From positions 128,001 through 192,000 of the IMG/VR virus record IMGVR_UViG_3300045988_177154: a stretch of 64,000 nt of DNA. The stretch is one strand, 5' to 3'. Each line of letters opens with the position of its first letter. The stretch's first letter is position 1. Source of the stretch: a virus. This document shows positions 55,841-64,000 of this stretch, piece after piece. Under the pieces are notes generated by a model that ran no database searches, was not told the origin of the DNA, and worked only from the letters and a program-made list of their open reading frames with translations. The position numbers and the translations under genes are program-made.

Positions 55841-56323
55841 ATGAATGGAATTGTTAAAAATGAATATACTGAAATTCAAAAGTATTTTGATGATTACTAT
55901 AAAGAACAATTAGAAAAATATGAAGAGTTGAAGTATTATGATAATTACTTATTTACGAACATTGAGGACGAACCAATTTATTGGGGATTTGGTATTATTG
56001 TTCTAATATTAGTTAGTATAATAGCTGACAAGTCTCAATATGAATTTTGGAACTATGTGTTTTTTGCAGTTTTAGGAATTTTTATTTTATTCACAATTTT
56101 AATATTCTTCAAAGCTGTATTTTGGAATTATGAGTTTAAAAAATCTAAAAAGACTTTCTTTAAACATTATTATAAATCTAAAAATATTAGAACAGTAACA
56201 AGATATTTAGGTGTTAATAAATCAGATTTGCTTTTTAATGAAGATTATATTATAATCGGTCTTAATATTAAAGATGAAAAACAACTAAATAAACTAGAAA
56301 GAGAACTTAAAAATGGAAAATAA
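55841..56323 (+). CDS. Array B paralogue 1 (two-TM membrane protein), hypothetical
   Basis: Starts 5 nt after the trxB stop. NEYTEIQKYFDDYYKEQLEKYEE, two TM helices, C-terminal KQLNKLERELKNGK. Confidence 0.65.
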   Translation: MNGIVKNEYTEIQKYFDDYYKEQLEKYEELKYYDNYLFTNIEDEPIYWGFGIIVLILVSIIADKSQYEFWNYVFFAVLGIFILFTILIFFKAVFWNYEFKKSKKTFFKHYYKSKNIRTVTRYLGVNKSDLLFNEDYIIIGLNIKDEKQLNKLERELKNGK

Positions 56324-56873
56324 TTTAGTAGAACTTAAATACGATAAAGTAAATGAATATTTTGAGAATTTCAAGAAGAAATATACAAGTAATTATGAAG
56401 AAAACAAAACAAAAGGCTATCGTACTGTAATTCCTTATCGTATGTTAATCAGTCCCACTATTATGAGTGTAATTAGTATCGTTGTTGCTTATGTAACAAA
56501 TACTATATTATCAGATTTACCAAAAATAAACTCGAATGATACAGCTGGGGCAATATATAGTATATATGAAGTTTTAGTATCATGGATATTTCCAGTAATG
56601 ATTCTTACTTCATTATCTCACCTTTTAGTAACTTTTGTTAGAATGGGGTTCAATTCTTATGACGTACCTATTTCTTACAAAAAAATAGACTACTATAATA
56701 AAATCAAAACAAGAATGTTAAATGAGATACAAACAGATTTAAACACTCCAATTACAGAGAATATGCTTATTTTAGATGCAAATGGGTTGATTGTTGCTCC
56801 TAATCTAAGTAATAATGAAAACAAAAAGATTTTTGGAGAAATAGAAAGGAATCTTAAAACAAGTGAAAAATGA
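56313..56873 (+). CDS. Array B paralogue 2
   Basis: Overlaps the upstream gene by 11 nt. NNLVELKYDKVNEYFENFKKKY, TM helices, ITENMLILDANGLIVAPNLSNNENKKIFGEIERNLK. Confidence 0.7.
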   Translation: MENNLVELKYDKVNEYFENFKKKYTSNYEENKTKGYRTVIPYRMLISPTIMSVISIVVAYVTNTILSDLPKINSNDTAGAIYSIYEVLVSWIFPVMILTSLSHLLVTFVRMGFNSYDVPISYKKIDYYNKIKTRMLNEIQTDLNTPITENMLILDANGLIVAPNLSNNENKKIFGEIERNLKTSEK

Positions 56874-57432
56874 TTTAGTAGAACTAAAACTTGATAGAAT
56901 TGACCGCTATTTTGAAAAATTTAAAACAAAATATAAACTTCATTATGAACTTAATAAAACAAATAAGACACATTTGGTATTACCTTATCAGAAGTTAATA
57001 ATGCCTGTAATATTTATTTTTATTGGTATTATTACTTTTCTTATGACTCGTGTTATATATTGGCAAATAAGCAATTTTTCATCTAGCATGACATTATCAA
57101 GTTTTAATGAAGCTGCAATGTTGCTCATAAATATTTTATCTATTGTTTTATTGGGTGTACTCTCACTTTTGATTGTGACTCATCTTATTGACTTTTTTAA
57201 AAATATTCATAAAGAAACTATTGAATATACGAAAAAAGAATACTACAACAAAATTAAATCTATTATGATTGAGCAAATCCAATCAGAATTAAGTAATCTA
57301 ATTACTGAAGATATGCTTACATTTGATTTAGATGGGTTAATTATAGCTCCAAACTTAAATACTAATGAAAATATAAAGTTATTTAAAGAAATAGAAAGGG
57401 ATTTAAAGTTAAATGAGCAACAATCTCATTGA
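56863..57432 (+). CDS. Array B paralogue 3
   Basis: GTG start overlapping the upstream gene by 11 nt. NDLVELKLDRIDRYFEKFKTKY, ITEDMLTFDLDGLIIAPNLNTNENIKLFKEIERDLK. Confidence 0.7.
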   Translation: MKNDLVELKLDRIDRYFEKFKTKYKLHYELNKTNKTHLVLPYQKLIMPVIFIFIGIITFLMTRVIYWQISNFSSSMTLSSFNEAAMLLINILSIVLLGVLSLLIVTHLIDFFKNIHKETIEYTKKEYYNKIKSIMIEQIQSELSNLITEDMLTFDLDGLIIAPNLNTNENIKLFKEIERDLKLNEQQSH

Positions 57433-57997
57433 GCTCAAATATGATAGAGTCAAAGGATTCTTTGATGAAATGATAGCTAAATATGAAGTTGAGTATCAAA
57501 ATAATAAAACAACAACTGAAAAAATATATGTTAGTAATGTTAGAAGAGTATTAGAGTCTATCCTAATTATTTTTATTATGATTGCTTTTTGTGGGGGGCT
57601 AATTTGGTTCATAAAGAGTGGCTCCAATTACACTAAGACTGAATTTACAGATAAATTTATTAAGGTAATAGATGAAGATGTAATTCCATTATTAGCACCA
57701 TTTGTTGGTATTATTTTTGTTGGTTTGATAAATATTAAACTAATGAAAGTCATTCTTGGAATAAGGCCTAACAATGAAACAAGAACAATAACAAAAACTC
57801 TATCAAAAAAGAAATATTTCACCAAAATCAAAGCAGATATGCTCTATTACGTTAGATACAATTTAAGTTATTCCATTACAGAAAATATGCTTATCTTTGA
57901 TAAATATGGTATGATAATTGGGCCCGACTTAAGTACTAATGAAAACAAGAAAATATTTGGCGAAGTAGAGCATAAATTGGAGCAAAAGAATGAATAA
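57413..57997 (+). CDS. Array B paralogue 4
   Basis: Overlaps the upstream gene by 20 nt. NNLIELKYDRVKGFFDEMIAKY, ITENMLIFDKYGMIIGPDLSTNENKKIFGEVEHKLE. Confidence 0.7.
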   Translation: MSNNLIELKYDRVKGFFDEMIAKYEVEYQNNKTTTEKIYVSNVRRVLESILIIFIMIAFCGGLIWFIKSGSNYTKTEFTDKFIKVIDEDVIPLLAPFVGIIFVGLINIKLMKVILGIRPNNETRTITKTLSKKKYFTKIKADMLYYVRYNLSYSITENMLIFDKYGMIIGPDLSTNENKKIFGEVEHKLEQKNE

Positions 57998-58508
57998 TAT
58001 AGTAGAATTTGGTTACCCTAATTTAGATAACTACTTTAAGGATTTGTTAGAAATCCAAAAGAAAAAATATGAAGTAAAAAAAGAGAAATGGCAAAATCAT
58101 TTTAAGGAATTTTTCTCTAAAGCTATTCCAGTTGTAATAAGCATGATTATTGTTTCAATCTTAAATCATTTAATAACTTTAGATTATCCTAATGCTGTTA
58201 AATTGATTCTTGTTATAGGTGATGTTATATCAGCTATTTATGTTTTTGTGAATGGTTTTGTTTTCCTATTTCATCTTCCATTATTCTTTATTTCTTCATA
58301 TGTTGTATTTAAAGAGATAGCAAATTACAAAAGCTATAACGAACGAGAAACACTTAGAACAATTAAAGATGATTTAGATGTTTATTTAAATAGCTCAAAC
58401 GTTATTATCAATTCTAAGGGCTTCATAACCGATTTAAAACGTGATGATAAAGAGCTCTGTCAAAAAATAGAAGAACATTTAAAAACAAACAAAAAAGAAG
58501 TTATTTAG
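57990..58508 (+). CDS. Array B paralogue 5 (divergent)
   Basis: Overlaps the upstream gene in the junction ATGAATAA. NNIVEFGYPNLDNYFKDLLEIQKKKY, TM helices, KELCQKIEEHLK. Confidence 0.65.
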   Translation: MNNIVEFGYPNLDNYFKDLLEIQKKKYEVKKEKWQNHFKEFFSKAIPVVISMIIVSILNHLITLDYPNAVKLILVIGDVISAIYVFVNGFVFLFHLPLFFISSYVVFKEIANYKSYNERETLRTIKDDLDVYLNSSNVIINSKGFITDLKRDDKELCQKIEEHLKTNKKEVI

Positions 58509-58530
58509 CTTTTGCTAAATGACTTTTTTA

Positions 58531-58645
58531 ATAACGCTTACTGCTGTTTTAAGCTGTTTTTATGAAGAGTCGATATATTTATCAAAAATAGATTTTTACT
58601 GTTTTAGCGTCTTACTAGTGACGATATAACATATACTAAAATGAA
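58531..58645 (+). repeat. IGR-120 intergenic repeat, copy R10 (forward)
   Basis: CTTACTGCTGTTTTAAGCTGTTTTTAT, GTCGATATATTTATCAA, TTACTAGTGACGATATAAC. Ends about 30 nt before the next start codon. Confidence 0.85.
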
Positions 58646-58673
58646 TTAGAGCAAATTAAAAGAGAGGTATAAA

Positions 58674-59024
58674 ATGCCATTGCCAAAAAGAAATCCAAAA
58701 TTACCTGATTTAGAAGAAATGAATCAAGGTGAAATCAATATTAGAGAAACTGAACGCTGGAAAAAATTATATATGAGATTGATTGATTCCAAAAAAGCAA
58801 TGAGAGGCTCTGCTAAAGATAAAGAAGAAACGTATAAACAGATGATTGATAAATTATATGGTGAACCACCTGTAGAGCAAAGTAATATTATGGGTGGAGT
58901 TCATTCATTTATGAATCCTAACTTCAAATATACTAATGATGATGAGGACCCCGAAACTCAACGTTTAATTGCAGAAGCAAGAGCAAAACGAATTGAAAGA
59001 GAAATAGCAGAAGGCTTACGATAA
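58674..59024 (+). CDS. Hypothetical protein
   Basis: 116-aa ORF with an AGAGAGG RBS. Confidence 0.6.
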   Translation: MPLPKRNPKLPDLEEMNQGEINIRETERWKKLYMRLIDSKKAMRGSAKDKEETYKQMIDKLYGEPPVEQSNIMGGVHSFMNPNFKYTNDDEDPETQRLIAEARAKRIEREIAEGLR

Positions 59025-59039
59025 TAGGAGAGATTACAA

Positions 59040-59831
59040 ATGACTAAAACAAATATTTTATCTATGGAAACTCCTAGTGATGTAAATGCTAAACTAATGG
59101 AAGTAACAGAAAATTTCCTAAAGAATGATAGGCATTACTTTGGAATAGCAGCTGCTTCATTACAGAATCAATTAGACGACCCGAAATACAAACAATTCAA
59201 TCCAAATATTAAACTTATCAATGCTGGTATTGATGGTGAAAAGAAAACTTCACAAATACTTAGAGAATGGATTGCAGATAAACCTGATTGTATTTTGATT
59301 GATAGCATTTCTTTACCAATTGAAGAAAAAATGGAGCCAGAAATTGATGGTGAAGAGGGACAACTAGACTTAGGTGATACAGACCATTTACTTATTATTG
59401 GCTCAACACTTGTTATCATTGACTCAAAGAACTGGAAATCAAAAGCTTCTTATAAGTTCAATGATGATGGTTCAATCCTACGCTCAGGAAAAGAGTTCCC
59501 TGGTAATAGACCAAGAATAAATCAAGCTCGTTACTTATGGGAAAAATATTATAGTAATACAACAATTGCAGATATTGAAGCTTTTGTTTGTATCTCGGCT
59601 GACGGAAATACATTCATTCAACGAGACCGAAATTGGTGGAAATTTGGGTATAAATTAGTAAATCAAGAAACACTGATTTACTTCTTAGATAAGTTATATT
59701 CTCAAATTTCAGATAAAGGATATGTAAGACCTGAATTAGTAGCAAAAGCTCTAAAAGGATTAACTAAACCTTATAATAAATATAAAGAGAAATTCGGTAA
59801 TGTGTACAACTTAGCAACTGCTAAAAAATAA
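59040..59831 (+). CDS. NERD (nuclease-related domain) protein
   Basis: GEKKTSQILREWI...CILIDSISLP...DTDHLLIIGSTLVIIDSKNW matches the NERD layout (GE..., D.D-H-hydrophobic strand, .E/D.K). Confidence 0.6.
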   Translation: MTKTNILSMETPSDVNAKLMEVTENFLKNDRHYFGIAAASLQNQLDDPKYKQFNPNIKLINAGIDGEKKTSQILREWIADKPDCILIDSISLPIEEKMEPEIDGEEGQLDLGDTDHLLIIGSTLVIIDSKNWKSKASYKFNDDGSILRSGKEFPGNRPRINQARYLWEKYYSNTTIADIEAFVCISADGNTFIQRDRNWWKFGYKLVNQETLIYFLDKLYSQISDKGYVRPELVAKALKGLTKPYNKYKEKFGNVYNLATAKK

Positions 59832-59846
59832 GAATAGTCAAATTGA

Positions 59847-60236
59847 CTATTCTTTTTCTTTTTCTTGAGTTTTCTTAATGAAATCAATAGCATGATAGAG
59901 AATTTCCATAGGTGAGCCACATAAAGCCCCTAGATTATAGACAATTCCATTTTCAAAGCAATAATCTTCATCAATGACTTCCCTTAATTCAATAAGCAAA
60001 TTCTCAAATTCTTTACTTTTAAATTCTGAGGGAATATCTTCTCGAGCACTGTACAAAAATTCTTTTTCCTCAATAGGATAAACTCTATCACCGTTAATTT
60101 CTAAAAGATTTGCTTTTGTATCTGGGTAAAAGCCAATTAAAAACGTACCATCTTTTGTTTCTTTTATAACAGCACCTTCAATAGCAACACGTTGTCCTTT
60201 TTTAAGATTTTTCTTGTAAATATAAGGATATACCAT
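59847..60236 (-). CDS. Hypothetical protein
   Basis: 129-aa ORF with a GAGG RBS. Convergent with the NERD gene. Confidence 0.6.
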   Translation of the reverse strand: MVYPYIYKKNLKKGQRVAIEGAVIKETKDGTFLIGFYPDTKANLLEINGDRVYPIEEKEFLYSAREDIPSEFKSKEFENLLIELREVIDEDYCFENGIVYNLGALCGSPMEILYHAIDFIKKTQEKEKE

Positions 60237-60253
60237 AAATTACCTCAAATTTT

Positions 60254-61063
60254 CTATTTTGATAACAAATATTCCAAGCCACCTTTAAGTTGATTCAATT
60301 TAAGTTTTTTACTTAATTTAGTAACAACTAATTCACGAGTAGCATTTCGTCCGAATGAAAAGATTTTATTTTTATTGTAAAATACGTTATCATCTTCAAT
60401 ATAATAATCTTTATCTTTTTCTGCTTTTACTTGATAATCAGATAGAATTTTGTTAAGTTCTGAAGCACTAGGATTCTTTTTGTTATCCCAAATAATAGTT
60501 TCATCACTGAACCAAAAGATAAAATCACCTACAGAAACAGAGTTAATAGCATACCTCCCCAATATGATTGTACCTTCTTCCTTTTGAAGTCGATTTAACA
60601 AAATGTATCTAGCCACTATTCCATTCATAACTTCTTCAATTAAACAAGTGCCAAAGTTCATATTAAGATTTTCTAATTTTTCATAATTCCAATGAGCAGT
60701 AAAATCATCATAACAATTTGAATAAGTAAAGATTCTTAAATGACTCTCTATATCGTCTTTCATGAATTTTTTATAGCCTTTATTTTCTTTATTAAAGTAT
60801 CTAATTCCAATATTTGCTATTTCTGCCAAATCTTTAATAGGCGACACTTCGTATTTTTCAACTAATTCAGACAACCAATCAGTTTGTTTGAAATGGTAGT
60901 CCCAATAACCATAATCTCTATTAGTCATTCTGATAAGTGTTTTAAAATCTTCATTCTTTTGAGTGATTTCTCTATATTCAATTGCTTTCTTAGCTTCTTC
61001 TTCTGATTTGTAGTATCGCCCAGCAACTTTATACACTACTTCTTTTTCGATTTTATAATCCAT
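60254..61063 (-). CDS. Hypothetical protein
   Basis: 269-aa ORF with an AAGAGAG RBS. A minus-strand TTGACA-17-TAAAAT promoter lies in the 61064-61195 gap. Confidence 0.6.
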   Translation of the reverse strand: MDYKIEKEVVYKVAGRYYKSEEEAKKAIEYREITQKNEDFKTLIRMTNRDYGYWDYHFKQTDWLSELVEKYEVSPIKDLAEIANIGIRYFNKENKGYKKFMKDDIESHLRIFTYSNCYDDFTAHWNYEKLENLNMNFGTCLIEEVMNGIVARYILLNRLQKEEGTIILGRYAINSVSVGDFIFWFSDETIIWDNKKNPSASELNKILSDYQVKAEKDKDYYIEDDNVFYNKNKIFSFGRNATRELVVTKLSKKLKLNQLKGGLEYLLSK

Positions 61064-61195
61064 ATTTAAAACTCTCTTTCATTTTTTGGTTATTCTATTT
61101 TACAAAAAAAATTCTATTTTGTCAACAAAAAGTTAAAAAACAGTTAATTTTGATATGAAAAACAAATAAACAATACTATTTAAAGGAGTTATTAG

Positions 61196-62899
61196 ATGAA
61201 TTTACTTATTCAGTCTATTCTTCTAATTCTGCTTTATTTCATCTCAGTCCCATTCAGTTTTTGGTTTAAAGACTGGATTGCTTATCAAATTAGAAAGAAA
61301 AGAAGAAATAATAGGCAGAATAAACAACCTACTGAAGAATTAACTTATAAACAAAAAATTAAACGTGAAAAGAAATTCGCTTTAAAAGAAGCCAGTAATA
61401 AGAATGTAATTAGACTAATCTATGTATTAACTATTCTTATCGGCCCAATTGTTGCTATAAAAACACTCCTTTGGGGAGCTGTTTTATCATTTTTTATCCC
61501 GTATGTATTTATTGGAATTGTTCATAATATGATAAGTGCAGAATTAGCTGCTAGAGATAAACTTATATCTCGTATGCTTGATTTCAAACGTTCTAAAATG
61601 GGCTTAATTGACAACAAAGCAAATATAATGGATTATACTGAAGAATTTATTATTTTAGAAAATGACCCAGAAGATAAGAAACCATCTAAAATTAGATTGT
61701 TTTTACCAGTTAACTTCGACCCGTTACAAGCTAATACTTTTCTATCAGATTTTTCTACACAATTCGGTAGAGGTCGTCCATTTGAAATTGATTACGAAGA
61801 TAAAGAATACCCAGGTTGGGATACGGATAAAGGTGTAGCAACTATCTCATTACAAGCTCCACTTCCTACTATGGCTAAATGGGATAAACATTATTTAGAA
61901 GACCCAATAGTTCAATGGAGTTTTATTCCACTAGGATTATCTTCTAGGGGTGGACTTCCAATTAAAAATCCCGAAACTGGTGAAATTGAACACGTTGTAG
62001 GATTTGACTTAGACGGAACTCAAAAGAAATATTGTGATAAAAATGGTATTCATATTGGTGCCGATATTATCGCTTCACCCATGACTCTTATTGCAGGTGT
62101 TACAGGTGGTGGAAAATCTGTTGCTCAATGGAATATTATGAACTCATGTTTAGCTAGACCAGATAAATGGTTGTTATTTGGTATAGATATGAAGAAAGTG
62201 GAACTTAGCCAACTTAGACAATATGGTGTTGCTGTTGGAACTACTATGGAAGATGCTTGCGACATTTCTTGCTTCGTTCAAAAAGTCATGATGGATAGAT
62301 ATGAACTTATGGAAAGACTCGGTATCAATAACTGGGAAGATATTCCGAAAGAATATGACGGCCCAGCAATTCTATTGCTTGTTGACGAGGCTGGGGAACT
62401 ACTTGCTGAAATCAAAGGTAAAGATGAAATTTCAAAAGCTAATCAAGAATACCAAGATAAAATTAGAGCCGCTTTTGAAAGTATTGCTCGTCTTGGTCGT
62501 GCAGCTCGTGTATTCTTAGTTTGTGCAGCACAAAGACCATCATCAGATGTTATCCCTATGCAAGTTCGACAAAATATGAGTAATAAATTAGCTGCAGGTT
62601 CATTACCAGCAACTATTTCTCAAATGTTGTTTGAAAATAACGAAGGCCAAAAAGTTAAAGGTAATCCTAAAGGTAGAATTGGATTAAAAGTTCACTCAAG
62701 TGATGTTATTCATGCTCAAGGATTTTACTCTCCAACTGATTGGATTGACGGTTATATTAAAGAAAAAGGCTGGCCTAAGAAACTTTATGAAAACTCATCA
62801 TTTGTCAATGAGTTAAATGAAAGTAAAGAAGCTAATGCTTCTAATGCTGAAGAAGCTATGTCAGAAGAAGATTTTGACTTATTAGAGTCAGTTAAATAA
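61196..62899 (+). CDS. FtsK/SpoIIIE-family DNA-translocase ATPase with N-terminal TM helices (conjugative coupling-protein-like)
   Basis: Two or three N-terminal TM helices. Walker A AGVTGGGKS, Walker B ILLLVDEAGEL, VFLVCAAQRPS. Confidence 0.75.
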   Translation: MNLLIQSILLILLYFISVPFSFWFKDWIAYQIRKKRRNNRQNKQPTEELTYKQKIKREKKFALKEASNKNVIRLIYVLTILIGPIVAIKTLLWGAVLSFFIPYVFIGIVHNMISAELAARDKLISRMLDFKRSKMGLIDNKANIMDYTEEFIILENDPEDKKPSKIRLFLPVNFDPLQANTFLSDFSTQFGRGRPFEIDYEDKEYPGWDTDKGVATISLQAPLPTMAKWDKHYLEDPIVQWSFIPLGLSSRGGLPIKNPETGEIEHVVGFDLDGTQKKYCDKNGIHIGADIIASPMTLIAGVTGGGKSVAQWNIMNSCLARPDKWLLFGIDMKKVELSQLRQYGVAVGTTMEDACDISCFVQKVMMDRYELMERLGINNWEDIPKEYDGPAILLLVDEAGELLAEIKGKDEISKANQEYQDKIRAAFESIARLGRAARVFLVCAAQRPSSDVIPMQVRQNMSNKLAAGSLPATISQMLFENNEGQKVKGNPKGRIGLKVHSSDVIHAQGFYSPTDWIDGYIKEKGWPKKLYENSSFVNELNESKEANASNAEEAMSEEDFDLLESVK

Positions 62900-62934
62900 A
62901 AAAAAGAAAGTTGCTATTTAAAATAGCAACTTTT

Positions 62935-63342
62935 TTAAAGCATTTGTTCCAATTGAGCTAATCTTGATTTTAACTCTTTGATTGTGTTGTTTATATCTCT
63001 TTTTAGAGACTTGTTATATGTTTCATAACTTCTATAAGTAGTATCTTTGTATAAAATTCTGATTTCGGGTAATGAATTTACTTCTGTTGAAAAATTCAAA
63101 CTTTCTCTAGGATTAAGCGGGGAAAATCTAAATTTAAATTCTGTATAAGAATTAAGTATCTCATCTTGAATATAAAAGTTTATTGAAACAAACTTTCCAT
63201 TCAAGAAGCTACTTGAAAAACCAGATTTATCAATCTTTTTAGAGTAATTATCAAATATTCTTTGAATTTTTGTTCTATTAAGCTTTGATTTTGATTGCCA
63301 AAATTTTTCAGATGTTAATTTTTCAATTGTTTTTAAATCCAT
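62935..63342 (-). CDS. Hypothetical protein
   Basis: 135-aa ORF with an AAGGGG RBS. Starts 1 nt after the upstream gene's stop. Confidence 0.55.
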   Translation of the reverse strand: MDLKTIEKLTSEKFWQSKSKLNRTKIQRIFDNYSKKIDKSGFSSSFLNGKFVSINFYIQDEILNSYTEFKFRFSPLNPRESLNFSTEVNSLPEIRILYKDTTYRSYETYNKSLKRDINNTIKELKSRLAQLEQML

Positions 63343-63343
63343 T

Positions 63344-64000
63344 TTAAAACCCCTTAATCATTTTAAGCATTCTTTCTGAATCAGATAATCCTAAAAGAAA
63401 CACAGAATATTTATATTTTTCTGCTTCTTCTAATGAGTCCCATAATTCAGAATTTGTAAAACTAATCTTGTTTAGAGTTAAATCTATGAAATTTTTATCC
63501 TCTTTGCTAGCTCCAGCACCAAAAGAATACATTAAATCTAAATCATATTTTCCAGTTAAATATTTCAAAGCATTTTCTTTTGTTACAAATTTAGGAACTA
63601 CATAAAGTTTGTTATCTTGTACAAAACAATTCCAATCTTTATATAAAAACGGTTTCAGCAATCTCAATACCATTATTTCTTGGTGTTCTTTTACTTCAGC
63701 ATAGTAATAGTACCCTTTTAATTCAAAATCAGATTTGAATAATGACGAGCAATTGTATAACAATGATTCAACATCTGATAAATCTATTTTATCAAATTCT
63801 TTTTGAATTATCGCTTGCCAATTTCCATCCTCAACAAGTCCTTTATGTAGAATTGCTAATCCATTAGATAAAATAGCATGTTCAAACATCGAATAAAAAG
63901 TAATTCGTTTGAACTCTTCTAAAGACCTAGAAGTAATTGGAATGATTGTAATTACTTCATTTAGCGATTTTAAATAATCAAGCGATTGCTTTGTCATATA
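63344..64000 (-). CDS. Hypothetical protein, possibly an HAD-IIB-like hydrolase. The N-terminus may lie outside the window.
   Basis: ITIIPITSRSLEEF and FGAGASKEDKNFID resemble HAD motifs II and IV, but no DxD motif I is present after the ATG at 63997. The true start may therefore be beyond base 64000. Confidence 0.35.
   Translation of the reverse strand, partial: YMTKQSLDYLKSLNEVITIIPITSRSLEEFKRITFYSMFEHAILSNGLAILHKGLVEDGNWQAIIQKEFDKIDLSDVESLLYNCSSLFKSDFELKGYYYYAEVKEHQEIMVLRLLKPFLYKDWNCFVQDNKLYVVPKFVTKENALKYLTGKYDLDLMYSFGAGASKEDKNFIDLTLNKISFTNSELWDSLEEAEKYKYSVFLLGLSDSERMLKMIKGF

Overview
AT-rich (about 30% GC by eye) accessory region of a large mobile element from a low-GC Firmicute. From memory, the PFL, RmlA/RmlB and FemAB-like products look Lactobacillales/Streptococcus-like. 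I call 86 CDS, 78 of them on the + strand. Most are short genes or small operons with their own sigma-70-type promoter and a rho-independent terminator. I saw no phage structural genes, integrase, transposase, replication genes or CRISPR array. A PrgA/Sec10-like anchored surface protein and an FtsK/SpoIIIE-type ATPase hint at a conjugative megaplasmid or ICE, but a jumbo phage cannot be excluded.

Recognisable cargo:
- tRNA/RNA-end processing cluster: CCA-adding enzyme, Thg1-like 3'-5' polymerase, metallophosphoesterase, DEDD exonuclease, YqeY/GatB-tail protein, cREC-like protein.
- tRNA/ncRNA island: 4 tRNAs plus odd tRNA-like elements, with a FemAB-type transferase embedded.
- ADP-ribose reversal enzymes: macro domain and ARH.
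- One-carbon and redox genes: PFL, FolD, DHFR, NrdH-like, TrxB.
- Sugar-nucleotide genes: RmlA, RmlB, CDP-glucose-dehydratase-like.
- Many envelope-stress proteins: MscS, BI-1, SPFH, TelA, PspC, SPase I.

Features standard annotation would not explain:
1. Four proteins share a ~45-aa N-terminal Cys/His module (called CKN here) fused to unrelated C-termini.
2. A ~110-125 bp intergenic repeat (IGR-120) occurs at 10 loci in both orientations and brackets gene modules.
3. There are four families of tandem paralogues: arrays A, B and D and family C. One array is translationally coupled to trxB.
4. A second conserved promoter-like box, GGAATAATATAACTATAAG, occurs at six sites.

All functional calls rest on motif recognition by eye. 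No database search was possible.
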